Positions 27,948 to 40,508 of a stretch of 64,000 nt of DNA are shown one piece after another. The notes under the pieces were generated by a model. That model did no database searches and was not told the DNA's origin. It saw only the letters and a program-made list of their open reading frames with translations. Source of the DNA: Armatimonadota bacterium (GTDB taxonomy: Bacteria > Armatimonadota > SYMT01); the NCBI GenBank assembly GCA_041690135.1, contig JAWLHY010000012.1, forward strand, positions 192,001 to 256,000, written 5' to 3'. The translations under genes and the position numbers were made by a program. Each line of letters begins with the position of its first letter. Within the stretch, counting starts at the first letter, position 1.

Positions 27948-28841
27948 CTAGGCGGACCCGAGTAGCTCTCGGAGAATCGCCAATCGGGGGGAACCGGGAT
28001 CTCGCGGCAGGACTCCCCATACCTCCGCGCAGAGCGACGCGGGCGCCTGCTCCAGGGCGACGGAATGGAGTCCCGGCGACAGCACGTGCAGGTCCTGGGC
28101 GGGGGCGAGGAGAACGCCCCGGCCGGCGGCAACCAGGGCCACACAGTTCTGTCGCGGCTCGCGGTGGTACACCTGCGGATCGAACCCCGCGTCTCGACAG
28201 GCCTGGATCAGCCGGTCGTAGTACTCGGGATACTCGTGCCGCGGGTGCAGGATGAGGGTTTCGGCGGCCAGGTCGGCGAGCGCAACGCGATCGGCCCGGA
28301 CCAGTGGATGGCCCGCGTTCAATACCACCTTCAGCGGCTCCCGGTGCAGCAGGCGGCTCTCGAACTCTTCCAGCTCACTCGGTGCGTCGGCAAACGCCAT
28401 CTCCACGTAGTCGGCAGCAAGCGCTTCCTGCTGGGCCTCGCCAGCCAGTTCCACCAGGTCCACGCTTACGTCGTGGTCGCGCTCCCGCAGCCGAGTAATG
28501 ATCTCCGGCAGAATCGTCCGCAGGGCCAGCGGGGTGTAGGCGATCCGAAGGTGCCCGGTCTGCCGGCGGACGGCGGACCGTACCGAATCGCAAGCTGCCT
28601 CCGCTCGGGCGAGCACGGCTCGTGCCTCGGTCACGAAGACTTCTCCCACCGGGGTCAGGCTCACCCGGCGCGTGGTGCGTTCGAAGAGCCGCGCCCCCAC
28701 CCTCCGCTCCACCTCCCCCACGATGCGCGACAGGGGCGGTTGCGACATATGCAGGCGGTCCGCCGCCCGGCCGAAGTTCAATTCTTCCGCCAGCGTAACG
28801 ATGCAGCGGAAGTGATGCAGGTCCAGTTGATCCATATCCAT
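27948..28841 (-). CDS. LysR-family transcriptional regulator
   Basis: LAEELNFGRAADRLHMSQPPLSR HTH, LFERTTR; 297 aa; divergent from the oxidoreductase. Confidence 0.95.
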   Translation of the reverse strand: MDMDQLDLHHFRCIVTLAEELNFGRAADRLHMSQPPLSRIVGEVERRVGARLFERTTRRVSLTPVGEVFVTEARAVLARAEAACDSVRSAVRRQTGHLRIAYTPLALRTILPEIITRLRERDHDVSVDLVELAGEAQQEALAADYVEMAFADAPSELEEFESRLLHREPLKVVLNAGHPLVRADRVALADLAAETLILHPRHEYPEYYDRLIQACRDAGFDPQVYHREPRQNCVALVAAGRGVLLAPAQDLHVLSPGLHSVALEQAPASLCAEVWGVLPRDPGSPRLAILRELLGSA

Positions 28842-28918
28842 CCAGTATCAAATCACGCGGAAGAAGCAAAGATCGGGAGATCAATCCAGCGTATTCTACT
28901 CTGGATGGAGGTGCAAGG

Positions 28919-29968
28919 ATGGATCGAGATTTGCTTTCCCGGCGGGAGATCCTCGCTGCGTTCGGCGGTACCGCCCTGGTCGGCGGAACGGCCGGGCCAG
29001 GCGAAGCGGAACAGGAGACGGAGATGGATGGAGCATGCGCGGCTCAGCCCGAGCCCGGCCCGTACGATGCAGTGATTGTGGGCGGCAGCTTTGCGGGGAT
29101 TTCCGCGGCCATGCAACTGGCGCGCGCCCGCCGACGGGTGCTGATCGTGGATGGCGGCAAGCCCCGGAACCGGTTCGCGAAGGCCTCGCACGGCTTCCTG
29201 GGGCAGGATGGGCGCTCTCCGGCGGAGATCCTCGCGACGGCGCGGGAGCAGGTGCTGGCCTATCCGAACGCGGCGTTCCGGCCGTCCGAGGCCACTCACG
29301 CAGGTCGGGAGAAAGGCCGCTTCCTCGTCCGGCTGCGGGATGGCGCGGAGATCTCCGCCCGGCGTCTGGTATTGGCGACGGGCGTGATCGACCACCTGCC
29401 GGAGGTGCCGGGCATGCGCGAGTTGTGGGGCACCGGGGTCTTCCACTGCCCTTACTGCCATGGGTACGAGGTCGCGGGGCGCAGGTTGGCGGTCTTCCGT
29501 ACCGGCCCACTGGCAGTCCACCAGGCATTGCTGCTCCGGGACTGGAGCGAGGACATAACGGTGCTCACTAACGGTGCCGGAGCACTGCCGGAGGAAGAGC
29601 GCGAGGAATTGCGGGCTCACGGCATCCAGATCGAGGAGGCTCCCGTGGCCGCGCTGGTGGGAGAGCGGGGAGAACTGACAGCCGTGGCGTTCCAGGATGG
29701 ACGCCGGTTGCCCTTCGGCGGCTTGTTCACGGCGCCGCGCGTTACCCTGGCGAGCCCGCTGGCGCAACAACTCGGCTGTGAGCTGGAGGAGGGACCACAG
29801 GGGCCCTGGATCAAGACCGATAACTTCAAGGAGAGCACTGTGGCGGGGGTGTATGCCGCCGGCGACGCCGCGCGCCCCATGCACAGCATCACCTTCGCCT
29901 CCGCGGATGGGGTGATGGCGGGAATCGCCGCCCACCGGTCGCTGCTGTTCCCGAAGCCGGCTTCCTAG
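28919..29968 (+). CDS. Thioredoxin-reductase-like FAD/NAD(P) disulfide oxidoreductase
   Basis: IVGGSFAG, LATG, HCPYCHG, GVYAAGDA; SRREIL Tat-like leader. Confidence 0.92.
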   Translation: MDRDLLSRREILAAFGGTALVGGTAGPGEAEQETEMDGACAAQPEPGPYDAVIVGGSFAGISAAMQLARARRRVLIVDGGKPRNRFAKASHGFLGQDGRSPAEILATAREQVLAYPNAAFRPSEATHAGREKGRFLVRLRDGAEISARRLVLATGVIDHLPEVPGMRELWGTGVFHCPYCHGYEVAGRRLAVFRTGPLAVHQALLLRDWSEDITVLTNGAGALPEEEREELRAHGIQIEEAPVAALVGERGELTAVAFQDGRRLPFGGLFTAPRVTLASPLAQQLGCELEEGPQGPWIKTDNFKESTVAGVYAAGDAARPMHSITFASADGVMAGIAAHRSLLFPKPAS

Positions 29969-30491
29969 CCGGATTGCTCATGTCACGGGATCTGCCGGCC
30001 TGCCGGTGGCTGGCGCCGCATTTGCGGCTGTCGTCACCCAGGCCCGGAGTTCCCTTCCGACCGGATCCAACCGGTAGTCCTCGCACCTCGAGAAGGTTCA
30101 AGATCGAATCCGGGCCCGGTCCTCTCCACGACCTTGCCGGCGAGAGACCCTACTCCGTGCTAGGGATGAACAGGGCCGCTAGGTGCTACTACTCCTGACG
30201 GAGCAGGCGTCCCGCACACGTCCGAAACGAATCCTGTATTGAAAAGTATAGCGGCTCCCGCGCAGGGTGTTCTCCTCCTGTTCATCCATTTCCGTCTACG
30301 GACCGCTCAACTCCTGGGCGGAACGGCTCAATAGGGCTCAGAACCAGCCGGCCGCACATCCTGCAGGAATTGACCGGCGAGGAAGCGCACCGCGTCACCA
30401 CCCCGTTGTCGGAAGTGATCCGCTTCCGTGCCGGAGAGTGGGGCGAGGACGCGCTTTCCGCCGGCAGCCCCGCTCTCTAACCAATCTGTCT

Positions 30492-31931
30492 TTACCGCGC
30501 GTAGGGGATGGGTCCCTTGCGGGCGTCTTCGGGAAGCGGGACCTTGTTCAGGTCCTCTCCCTGCTGCACCCTCCACGCCTCCAGCCGTTTCCGCAGGTCC
30601 GCCAGGCGTTTGGCGTGCCGTGCCTCGCCTGCCAGGTTCTTCAGCTCGTAGGGGTCCTGCTCCAGGTCGTACAGCTCCTCCGCCGGCCGCTGCCGGTAGC
30701 GGCGCACCACCTGGGCCGCCTGCGGGTCGCGCTCGGCCTTCTGTTCCCAGGAGCCCCAGTACGCGCGGCCGTCCGGCCCCGCTCCCGCGTCGATGTGCGT
30801 CTTGTAGGGAGTGTCCGGCGCCAGGTTCCGGATGAACTTGTACCGGGCAGTGCGGATGCAGCGCATCGGCGAGCGGTTCATCTGGGCATCGCCCGTGTGG
30901 GCGGCGAATACCTCGTCGCGATGCCGCTTCGCTTTGCCCTGCAGCACCGGGAGAAAGCTGCGACCGTCCAACTCCGCCGGCGCGGGCCCGCCGCCCGCCT
31001 CCACCATGGTGGGGAGCAGATCTACCAGGCTCACCAGCGCGCGGCTCGTGCTGCCGGGCCGGATCCGGCCGGGCCAGCTTGCCAGCAGCGGCGAGCGGAG
31101 GCCCGCGTCGTACAGGTTCCACTTGCCGAACGGAAACTGCGCGCCCTGGTCCGCCGTGTAGAAGAACAGCGTATTCCGCGTGTAGCCGTGTTTCTCCAGC
31201 GAGCTTCTCACGTCTCCCAACTGCCGGTCCATCCAGCTCACGTCGGTGTAGTACCGGCAGCGGACGGCGCGCGTCTCGGGTGTGTCGATCAGGTACGGCG
31301 GGAGCTGGACCTGATCGGGCGTGTACCCCTCGTTCTCCGGCCAGTACACGTGCGGCGAGTGGGTGCAAACCAGCAAGCAGAGGGGCTGCTCCCGGTCGTG
31401 CTCCGCCAGCAGGCGGTCCACCGCGCCGGTGTTCAGGTCGGTCCACAGCACGTGGTTCTTCCCCGCGGGCATCACGTTCGAGTCCGGCAGGTACTCAAAG
31501 GGGAACAGCGGTCGCGGACCGATATGCGTCTTGCCCGCCAGCACCACCCGGTAGCCCAGCTCCTTCATCCGGTGCGGCAGGGTCCGCAGCCCGTCCCGCA
31601 CCAAGCTGTGGTTGGCATGGGCGCCGTTGCGGAACGGGTAGAGCCCCGTGTAAATGGCCGAGCGCGAGGGGGTGCAGGTCGGCGAGGCGGCAAAGGCGGC
31701 ATCGAACCGCATCCCCTCCCGCGCCAGCCGGTCCAGGTGCGGGGTCCGCACGTCCTTCGCGCCATACGGACCGCAGTCGTGCCAGGTGTGATCATCCGAG
31801 AGAAAGAGCACCACGTGCGGCCGGGACGGCGCCCGCTCTGCTTTCGCTCCCTCCGCCTGACCCGCCAGGGCCGCCCCGGAGAGGAGCCCCGCAATCAGCA
31901 ATAACCCGAAACACGGCAGTCTCTTCTGCAC
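30492..31931 (-). CDS. Formylglycine-dependent sulfatase (S1), exported
   Basis: LSDDH, CTPSR, GKTH, ADQG, EELYDL; signal peptide after GTG 31931. Confidence 0.95.
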   Translation of the reverse strand: MQKRLPCFGLLLIAGLLSGAALAGQAEGAKAERAPSRPHVVLFLSDDHTWHDCGPYGAKDVRTPHLDRLAREGMRFDAAFAASPTCTPSRSAIYTGLYPFRNGAHANHSLVRDGLRTLPHRMKELGYRVVLAGKTHIGPRPLFPFEYLPDSNVMPAGKNHVLWTDLNTGAVDRLLAEHDREQPLCLLVCTHSPHVYWPENEGYTPDQVQLPPYLIDTPETRAVRCRYYTDVSWMDRQLGDVRSSLEKHGYTRNTLFFYTADQGAQFPFGKWNLYDAGLRSPLLASWPGRIRPGSTSRALVSLVDLLPTMVEAGGGPAPAELDGRSFLPVLQGKAKRHRDEVFAAHTGDAQMNRSPMRCIRTARYKFIRNLAPDTPYKTHIDAGAGPDGRAYWGSWEQKAERDPQAAQVVRRYRQRPAEELYDLEQDPYELKNLAGEARHAKRLADLRKRLEAWRVQQGEDLNKVPLPEDARKGPIPYAR

Positions 31932-31983
31932 CCCACCCTCCTCCCATCCCCACTGGACAAACTTCCGCGCCTTTGCTGCCACC

Positions 31984-32372
31984 CGGGTCCGGAAAGGTAG
32001 CAGAGGGGCTCGTCCCCGTTGGTCACGGTAAACGCCTGCTGTGTACCTCGCCCACAATAGCCCACGGACCGCACTCGCTGAGGGTCCCGGGGTTCCAATA
32101 AGGTAGCACAGGGCGGGTACCCACGCGTGGGTGATGCCCGTCGGTCACGGTACGCGCCTGGCGAGTAAACCGTGAATGCTCCTGGTCCCGCACCGTGCCC
32201 GCGATGATCACGGCAGTTGCGAACCTGCCTACCCACCTCCTCGGCGTCCCGGGGTTCGGAGAGGTAGCACAGGGCCTCGTGCCCGTCGGTTACGGTACGT
32301 ACAAAGGGTGCAACTCATTTACGCTTCTGGACACGGATCGCCCCCGCAATGATCGCGGCAATCGCGACCGCG
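31984..32372. repeat. Degenerate intergenic direct repeats (three of about 55 bp, two of about 26 bp)
   Basis: AGGTAGCA(C/G)AGGG...CCCGT(C/T)GGT(C/T)ACGGTA in units starting about 31984, 32084 and 32246. Confidence 0.75.
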
Positions 32373-32794
32373 GTAACCTACCTTTGCCATGAACCCGGTG
32401 CCGCGGCTATTTGCACCTCGAACCACAGCGAGTGCCTCGGTACAGGCTTGGGCGGAACCCCGTTCGCGGCCCCACCCCAAATCGGGATGACCCGGTCAGC
32501 ATCGGTCGTCACCCGGTTAGTTCGCGAACTCGCTCCAGAATCCTGTTCCGATCGATCGCGAAGGTCTCCCGAGTCTTGCCGGAGTCCCGTCTTCAGACGG
32601 TACGTTTACGAGCTTGACAGGGAACCTCGGCTCGGATAACCGTAACCTTCGGGGTGTTCGGTTGCCTCGCACGTATGGAACGAGGTCCTACCTCGGGAAC
32701 CCAACGAGTGGAAGCACGACCTACCGGGTATGGGAAAGAAGAACGCGGTTGCCCGGCCCCGAACGTCATGCCGGACCGCGCCGAGGTACGAACG

Positions 32795-33391
32795 ATGCCG
32801 GAACCGCCCGCCAGCCTGGCCCCACTCCCGGAGCGGCCATCCCACGCCCCGTCCACCCACGCGGACAGGACCCAGCACCCGCCATCCAACCCCTTCGCGG
32901 GTTATGCGGAAGGGTCCGGCGAGGAGATCCCGCTGGGGGGCTACGCCGCGCTGGTCGGCGCCTACACGGCCGGCTTAATGGCGGCACTCCGCGCGGTGGA
33001 CCGGCGCGATTGCTCCGGCCTGACTGCTATCTCCACGCGGGATTTCGTCTTGCTCGCCCTCGCTACCCACAAGCTGGCGCGCCTGGTCGCGAAAGACACC
33101 GTCACCAGCCCGCTGCGCGCGCTGTTCGTGACTTATGTGGAGCCCACGGGTTCCGCGGAGGTGCGGGAAGAGCCTCGCGGCACCGGCTTGCAGCGGGCCG
33201 TGGGGGAACTGATCTCCTGCCCGCTCTGTCTCGCTCCCTGGATCGGCGGCGCCCTGGCGTTCAGCCTGATCCTGCGCCCGAAAACTGCCCGCCTGGTCAC
33301 CAACACCTTCGCCGCCGTAGCCCTCTCGGACTTCCTGCAGCACGCCTACGTCCTGGCGAAGGAAGCGATCGAAAGCGACCGGCAGCCGTAA
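32795..33391 (+). CDS. DUF1360-type membrane protein
   Basis: LATHKLARLVAKD.VTSPLR...GELISCPLC..PW; GAGGT before ATG 32795. Confidence 0.85.
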   Translation: MPEPPASLAPLPERPSHAPSTHADRTQHPPSNPFAGYAEGSGEEIPLGGYAALVGAYTAGLMAALRAVDRRDCSGLTAISTRDFVLLALATHKLARLVAKDTVTSPLRALFVTYVEPTGSAEVREEPRGTGLQRAVGELISCPLCLAPWIGGALAFSLILRPKTARLVTNTFAAVALSDFLQHAYVLAKEAIESDRQP

Positions 33392-33435
33392 CGCCTTTCC
33401 TGCGGAACCTGTCCCACGACTTGCGTCAGCAAACA

Positions 33436-33482
33436 AGAAAACGTTCAGGGGGACTGCAATCTCCCCCTGAACGTTTTCTTTT
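33436..33482. terminator. Bidirectional intrinsic terminator
   Basis: AAGAAAACGTTCAGGGGGA...TCCCCCTGAACGTTTTCTT between convergent genes. Confidence 0.85.
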
Positions 33483-33593
33483 CGGTTCCTTTTTCCGCGT
33501 TATTCCGCGTTTTCCGCGGGCAATAGGCGGCTCAAGCGCGCAGGTTCAGTAACCCAGGAAACGCGTGATCAGGTAATCAGCTACCCGCCAGAG

Positions 33594-34511
33594 TCACGCC
33601 GGGCGGGGCGGGATCTCCGCATGGCGCGGGGCGGCCTTCTCCAGGTTCGGAGTCACGTCGGCGTCCACGTTGCGGACCGCCCACGCCATGCCGCCGAGCA
33701 GGATTTCCTGAAACACGGGGTTCGTCCACACGTCGTCGCGGTGGCCCATGGAGGTGTAGAACACCCGGCCCTGGCCGTGCATCCGCGCCCAGGTGGCGGG
33801 GAAGGGGCCGCGCTGGTAGTCGCTGCCGGTCATCCCCTGGGTTTCCTGGACCAGCAGCACGTGCAGGTTCTTCGCGAAGTCCTTGATGGAGTACCACTCC
33901 TCATGCATCTCGAAGCCCGCGCCGGCACTGCCGATGCCGGGGAACTTGGGGTCCGCCACGGTCATCCGGGCCTTCTGCTGCGGCCCGTGCCGGATGAACT
34001 CGCCGCCCAGCATCGCCACGTACGGGTCCACCTTGTCGCCGTGGCTCACGAACCGGTTGGAGCGGTCCGGCGGGTCCGGCTGGGTGTGGAAGGTATCGCT
34101 GGCGCTGTGCGTGCCGATGAACCCCTTCCCTTCCCGGATCATCTCCAGGAAGAGCGCCTTGCCTTCCGGGCTCATCGGCGGGTTCTTGTCCGTGCCGGCC
34201 TGGGTGAGATCGCCGGTGGTGTAGAAGAAGAACGCGTCGTACTTCGCCAGGGTCTCCCGGCTGTTGAAGAGCGAGGCGTCCTTCGTGCAGGTCACGTCGA
34301 ACCCGTGCTTCTTGCCCAGGTCGGTCAGCACCGTCTCGGCGAAGCTGAGCTGGTCCCCCTTCCGCTTGATGGCGGGGTGCTCGAAGCCGGAAGACTTCGA
34401 GAGGAAGAGGATGTTCCGGCGGGGTTTATCCGCCGCCTGCGCCCAGCCCAGCGGGAACTGCGAGAGCCCCGCCACGGCGGCGGTGCGGGTGAGGAAAGTT
34501 CTTCTATTCAT
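33594..34511 (-). CDS. ThuA-like (class I glutamine-amidotransferase-fold) protein with Tat signal
   Basis: NRRTFL leader; SSGFEH, GTHSASDT, LGGEF..H, EEWY, GRVFYTSMGH. Confidence 0.9.
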   Translation of the reverse strand: MNRRTFLTRTAAVAGLSQFPLGWAQAADKPRRNILFLSKSSGFEHPAIKRKGDQLSFAETVLTDLGKKHGFDVTCTKDASLFNSRETLAKYDAFFFYTTGDLTQAGTDKNPPMSPEGKALFLEMIREGKGFIGTHSASDTFHTQPDPPDRSNRFVSHGDKVDPYVAMLGGEFIRHGPQQKARMTVADPKFPGIGSAGAGFEMHEEWYSIKDFAKNLHVLLVQETQGMTGSDYQRGPFPATWARMHGQGRVFYTSMGHRDDVWTNPVFQEILLGGMAWAVRNVDADVTPNLEKAAPRHAEIPPRPA

Positions 34512-34525
34512 TCTGATAAGCCGGT

Positions 34526-36487
<1,962 letters not shown>

Positions 36488-36881
36488 GAAAGTAATGTCT
36501 CCTGTCGATACGGGGTCCGCCGCCCGGCCACAGTGCCGGGCCAAATCGTCTTCAAAGAATCTTGACCACGCGCCGCAGAAAAGCCTGCCCGTAGCCATAA
36601 CGCAAAGAACCGGGACCAAACCCGGGCTACAAGCGAGAAACTCAACAGCCGAGCACACCCCCGGCTCTTGTAAGCCACCTTACCTGTGATCTATTATCGA
36701 AACCGATTTATTTCCGCTCAGCGCCGACCCCCGCACGCTTCCACGTTACTCCACTCTCATGCACTCTGCCGCGTCCGCCCGGATCGGCCCATCCTGCGTG
36801 GAGTGATGCTTCCCGTGCGGCCTGTACCATGTTGCCCCTCGCATGGAACAGCGCGTCTCGTAGGCTCAGAGGACCTTCCCA

Positions 36882-37622
36882 ATGCCGTCACGCCTTACCG
36901 TCCCCGCTATCCTTACCGTGGTCGTTTCCGTGTCTCTGTGTCTCCGTGGCGAAGTCCCTTCCTCGGCATCTCCCGCGCCCACGCTAACGGTCGCCGGGTT
37001 GCCATGCGCGGGCCAGGACGTGTGGCAACTCGCCCCCGCTTCCGGACCCGTCAGAGGCACGTGTGTCGAGAACTTCGGGGTTGTTAGCCCCGGCTGCCTC
37101 TATCGTTCCGCCCAGCCCGGCAAGGGCGATTTCGAATGGCTGGCGCAACAGGGTTTCCGCAGCGTCATCTCGCTGCGCAAGGAGTATGATGACGGCGCAG
37201 AGCGCTTGAAGGCCCTGGGTCTCAACTATCTCTACCTCCCGACCCCCGACCACCACGCACCCACCGACGAGGACGGCCGCAAGTTCCTGGTCTTTATGCG
37301 CGACTCGAACAACTGGCCGGCGTTGGTCCACTGCAAGGGCGGCCAGGGACGCGCCGGCGTAATGGCGGCGCTCGCCCGCTACGCCATTGAAGGTTGGCCC
37401 ATGGACCGCGCGCTGGATGAAGCGAAGCGGTACCGTCCCCTCAATTTCAAAATCTTTGGAGAGCAGCGTCGCTGGCTGAACCGCTGGAAAGATCGCTTCC
37501 CGGCGGGCTCCTACCACCCCTCCCGCCCCCTGCCCCCGTGGCCCGAGCTCCGCGCCCCGGTGGCCCAGACCACCCCAACTTCGACCGGTAGGAAAGAGGG
37601 TGTCATTGCGAAGGAGCCTTAG
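36882..37622 (+). CDS. Exported Cys-based (PTP/DSP-family) phosphatase
   Basis: ENF.VV...LYRSAQP and VHCKGGQGR (CX5R); hydrophobic leader. Confidence 0.9.
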   Translation: MPSRLTVPAILTVVVSVSLCLRGEVPSSASPAPTLTVAGLPCAGQDVWQLAPASGPVRGTCVENFGVVSPGCLYRSAQPGKGDFEWLAQQGFRSVISLRKEYDDGAERLKALGLNYLYLPTPDHHAPTDEDGRKFLVFMRDSNNWPALVHCKGGQGRAGVMAALARYAIEGWPMDRALDEAKRYRPLNFKIFGEQRRWLNRWKDRFPAGSYHPSRPLPPWPELRAPVAQTTPTSTGRKEGVIAKEP

Positions 37623-37781
37623 CGACTGTGGCAATCCCCCTGTCCTCCGCGCCGCCACCTTCTCCCCAAGGCGTGATTTAAGATTTCTCTCCGTCGGGTA
37701 ACAAGCCGACAGGCTTACGCCGGCCCTTCAGGGGCCGCCAAGCGGGGATCCTTCCCGCGGAAGGAACGGCTGTGAGGGAGT

Positions 37782-40508
37782 ATGGGGGCTCGAACCGACC
37801 GATCGCCCGCGTTCCCCGTTCTGGGCTCACCGGAGCTCGAGGACGGAATTCATCTCATCTCCACCCTGGGAGGCAAGGGCGCTTCCCTGCACCGGATGTG
37901 CCGGGCCGGGCTGCCGGTCCCGCCGGGGTTCGTGGTACCGGCCCAGGAGTTCCGGGCCGCGCTGCGGGAAGGCGCCGCCCCGCTTCTCCAGCGCCTCGCC
38001 GCGGCGCAAGAAGGCGAGAAACCGCCGAAGCCCGCGGACTTGCTGGCGCGGCACCCGGAAGCCCGGCCGTTGGCGGATGCGCTTCGTCCTCGCGTGGAAG
38101 CCGCCCTTCGCGATCTGGAAGGGTCTGCGCCACGGCTGGTGGTGCGTTCTTCCGGAACCTTTGAGGATGGCCAGATCGCTTCCTATGCCGGCGTGCTCGA
38201 AAGCTACCCGGCGCTCCCGGCCGAAAACGTGACTGCGGCGGTCCTGCTCTGCTGGTCGACCGCTTTCCTGCAACGCGCGCGCGCCTATTCCGAGCGGATT
38301 GGCGTCGATCCGGACGACATGGCGATCGCGGTGGTGGTGCAGAGCATGGTCGCCGCCGAGGTCTCCGGCATCCTCCACACGCGTGATCCCGTCACGGGAG
38401 AAGAGTGTGTCCTTATCGATGCCGCTCGGGGCCTGGCGCACGTGGCGGTGGATGGGCGCATCACCCCCGATACGTACCGCTGCCGCGGCCGGAGTTGCGA
38501 AGTCCAGCTCGGCGGTCAGGAATGGAAGGATGTGCTCGGCCCCGACGGCATCCGGTGCGAGGAGGTCGTCGCGAGCGAGCGACGGAATCCTGTGCTGAAC
38601 CCCGGTCAGCGGCAGACGCTGCTCGACCTGGCCGAACGGGTGGAGCAGCTCATGGGGGGGCCGCAGGACATCGAGTGGGGGATTGCGGGCGACCGCGTGT
38701 GGCTGCTCCAGGCTCGTCCCATCACCACGACCACCGGGACGACGATCCTCTGGACTCGCGCCAACCTCCGCGAGCTCTATCCGGAGGTGGTCTCCCCGTT
38801 GACGGCTTCGGTTATCCAGCGTATCCAGGCGGCCTGGCACCTCGAGTACTTCGATAAGCTCGGCTTCGAACTGGGGCATCTCGCTCCGGGGATGCGCGTG
38901 ATCCGCGGTCGGCCGTACCTGAATTTGACCCTGCTCCGCTGCCTGGCCGAACTGGCGGGCATGGACCCGCGCCGGATCGACGCTAACCTGGGCGGCTCCT
39001 CCGGACCGGCCTCCGCGGCGAGCCGTCCGGACTGGCGGCGCGCGCTGAAGACGGGAACTCCGCTGCTGCGGGTCGTCCGTCATTACCTCACCGCGCACCG
39101 TACTGCGCCGCGGGTGATCGCGGAGGCGCAGCGCGCCGTGAAGCGATTCCACCAGGTAGACCTCTCGGCCCTGGAAGACCAGGAGGTGTTCCGGGGCAGT
39201 CTCGACTGCTTCCGTGCGACGCAGCCGCTCTACGAAACCACGGCCGATGTGGCCGGCGCCCTGGAAATGATCAACACGCTCGCCGGCCTGATACTGACGG
39301 GCGACCGCCGGGAGGCCTTCGCGCAGGCGGGCCTGGGGGAGACGCACGGCAAGCGCGAGGTGCAGGACTTCGAGCGTGTCTTGCAGATCGCGCGGGAAGA
39401 GCCCGAGACGCGGGAGAAACTCCGGCATTCGCCGTCCGGCTCCCCTCCGCCGCTGGAGGCATTCCGGGGCACGCGGTTCTGCGCCGCATTGGAAGAGTAT
39501 CTCGCCCAACACGGCTACCGGGGCATGCACGAGGCGGATACTTCCCGTCCCCGCTACGCCGAGGACCCCTCGCCGCTCATCGCCGCAGCGCGCGCGGCCG
39601 TCGTAGCCGGTGAGGAGCAACCTGCGCGCGGAGTCTCTGGAGTTCCGGGAGAGGAGAAAGAGGGTCGTGTTTCTCGAACCTCCATGGCCGGCGGGCCGGG
39701 ACAGGGTCCCGCTGCGGAGGCGAGGATCGGCTTCGCGGGCGAAGGACTCCTCCGTTGGATGCGGCGCTTGATGGCGCTGCGTCAGGAAGTCCGGCGCACC
39801 TCTACGCGCCTCATCGCGGAGCAACGCCGCTGGGAGCTGGAGTTGGGACAGCGCTGGGCGGGCCGCGGCTGGCTCGAGCGCCCGGAAGACTACTTCTGGC
39901 TAACGCTGGAGGATATCGAGGCTGCGCTGGAAGACGCCTCCCTGGGCGATTACTGGCTGCGCGACCTGGTCGAACGTCGGCGGGAGCGGTGTCGCGAGTG
40001 GGCCGCCGAACCGATGCCCCTCCTCTGGCCACCCGGGGCCGCCGAAACGGTGGCTGCTCCTATAGAAGGGGAGGCGGAAGCGGGTGCTATCCAGGGGCTT
40101 CCCGTCAGCCCGGGAGTTGTCGAGGGGCGGGTCAAAGTTTTGCGCAGCCTGGAAGACCGGGAAGGACTGGAGCCCGACCGCATCCTGGTGGCTTCCTTCG
40201 CCGGCCCCTCGTGGGCGCCGTTCCTGGCCGGGGCCCGGGGCTTGGTGGTGGAGATGGGCGGTGCGCTTTCTCACGCTTCCATCCTGGCGCGCGAGTACGG
40301 TCTGCCCGCCGTGGCCAACGTCGCCAACGCGACGGAGAGCTTCCGCGATGGCGAGCGGATCCGCCTCGACGGCGCCCGAGGGTTGGTGTGGCGGCTGGAG
40401 CCGGAGGGTAGGCATGATAGGCCGGAAGCGGATGAAACCGACCCCGCCGCCGATGAGCCGAGCGAGGAAGAGGGGGGCGAAGAGTATCCGATACGAAAGG
40501 CTGCCTGA
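37782..40508 (+). CDS. PEP-synthase/rifampin-phosphotransferase-like dikinase
   Basis: LGGKG, VRSS...ED...SYAG, QDIEW...LQARP ATP-grasp domain; helical middle; C-terminal LSHASILAREYG phospho-His swivel. Confidence 0.92.
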   Translation: MGARTDRSPAFPVLGSPELEDGIHLISTLGGKGASLHRMCRAGLPVPPGFVVPAQEFRAALREGAAPLLQRLAAAQEGEKPPKPADLLARHPEARPLADALRPRVEAALRDLEGSAPRLVVRSSGTFEDGQIASYAGVLESYPALPAENVTAAVLLCWSTAFLQRARAYSERIGVDPDDMAIAVVVQSMVAAEVSGILHTRDPVTGEECVLIDAARGLAHVAVDGRITPDTYRCRGRSCEVQLGGQEWKDVLGPDGIRCEEVVASERRNPVLNPGQRQTLLDLAERVEQLMGGPQDIEWGIAGDRVWLLQARPITTTTGTTILWTRANLRELYPEVVSPLTASVIQRIQAAWHLEYFDKLGFELGHLAPGMRVIRGRPYLNLTLLRCLAELAGMDPRRIDANLGGSSGPASAASRPDWRRALKTGTPLLRVVRHYLTAHRTAPRVIAEAQRAVKRFHQVDLSALEDQEVFRGSLDCFRATQPLYETTADVAGALEMINTLAGLILTGDRREAFAQAGLGETHGKREVQDFERVLQIAREEPETREKLRHSPSGSPPPLEAFRGTRFCAALEEYLAQHGYRGMHEADTSRPRYAEDPSPLIAAARAAVVAGEEQPARGVSGVPGEEKEGRVSRTSMAGGPGQGPAAEARIGFAGEGLLRWMRRLMALRQEVRRTSTRLIAEQRRWELELGQRWAGRGWLERPEDYFWLTLEDIEAALEDASLGDYWLRDLVERRRERCREWAAEPMPLLWPPGAAETVAAPIEGEAEAGAIQGLPVSPGVVEGRVKVLRSLEDREGLEPDRILVASFAGPSWAPFLAGARGLVVEMGGALSHASILAREYGLPAVANVANATESFRDGERIRLDGARGLVWRLEPEGRHDRPEADETDPAADEPSEEEGGEEYPIRKAA

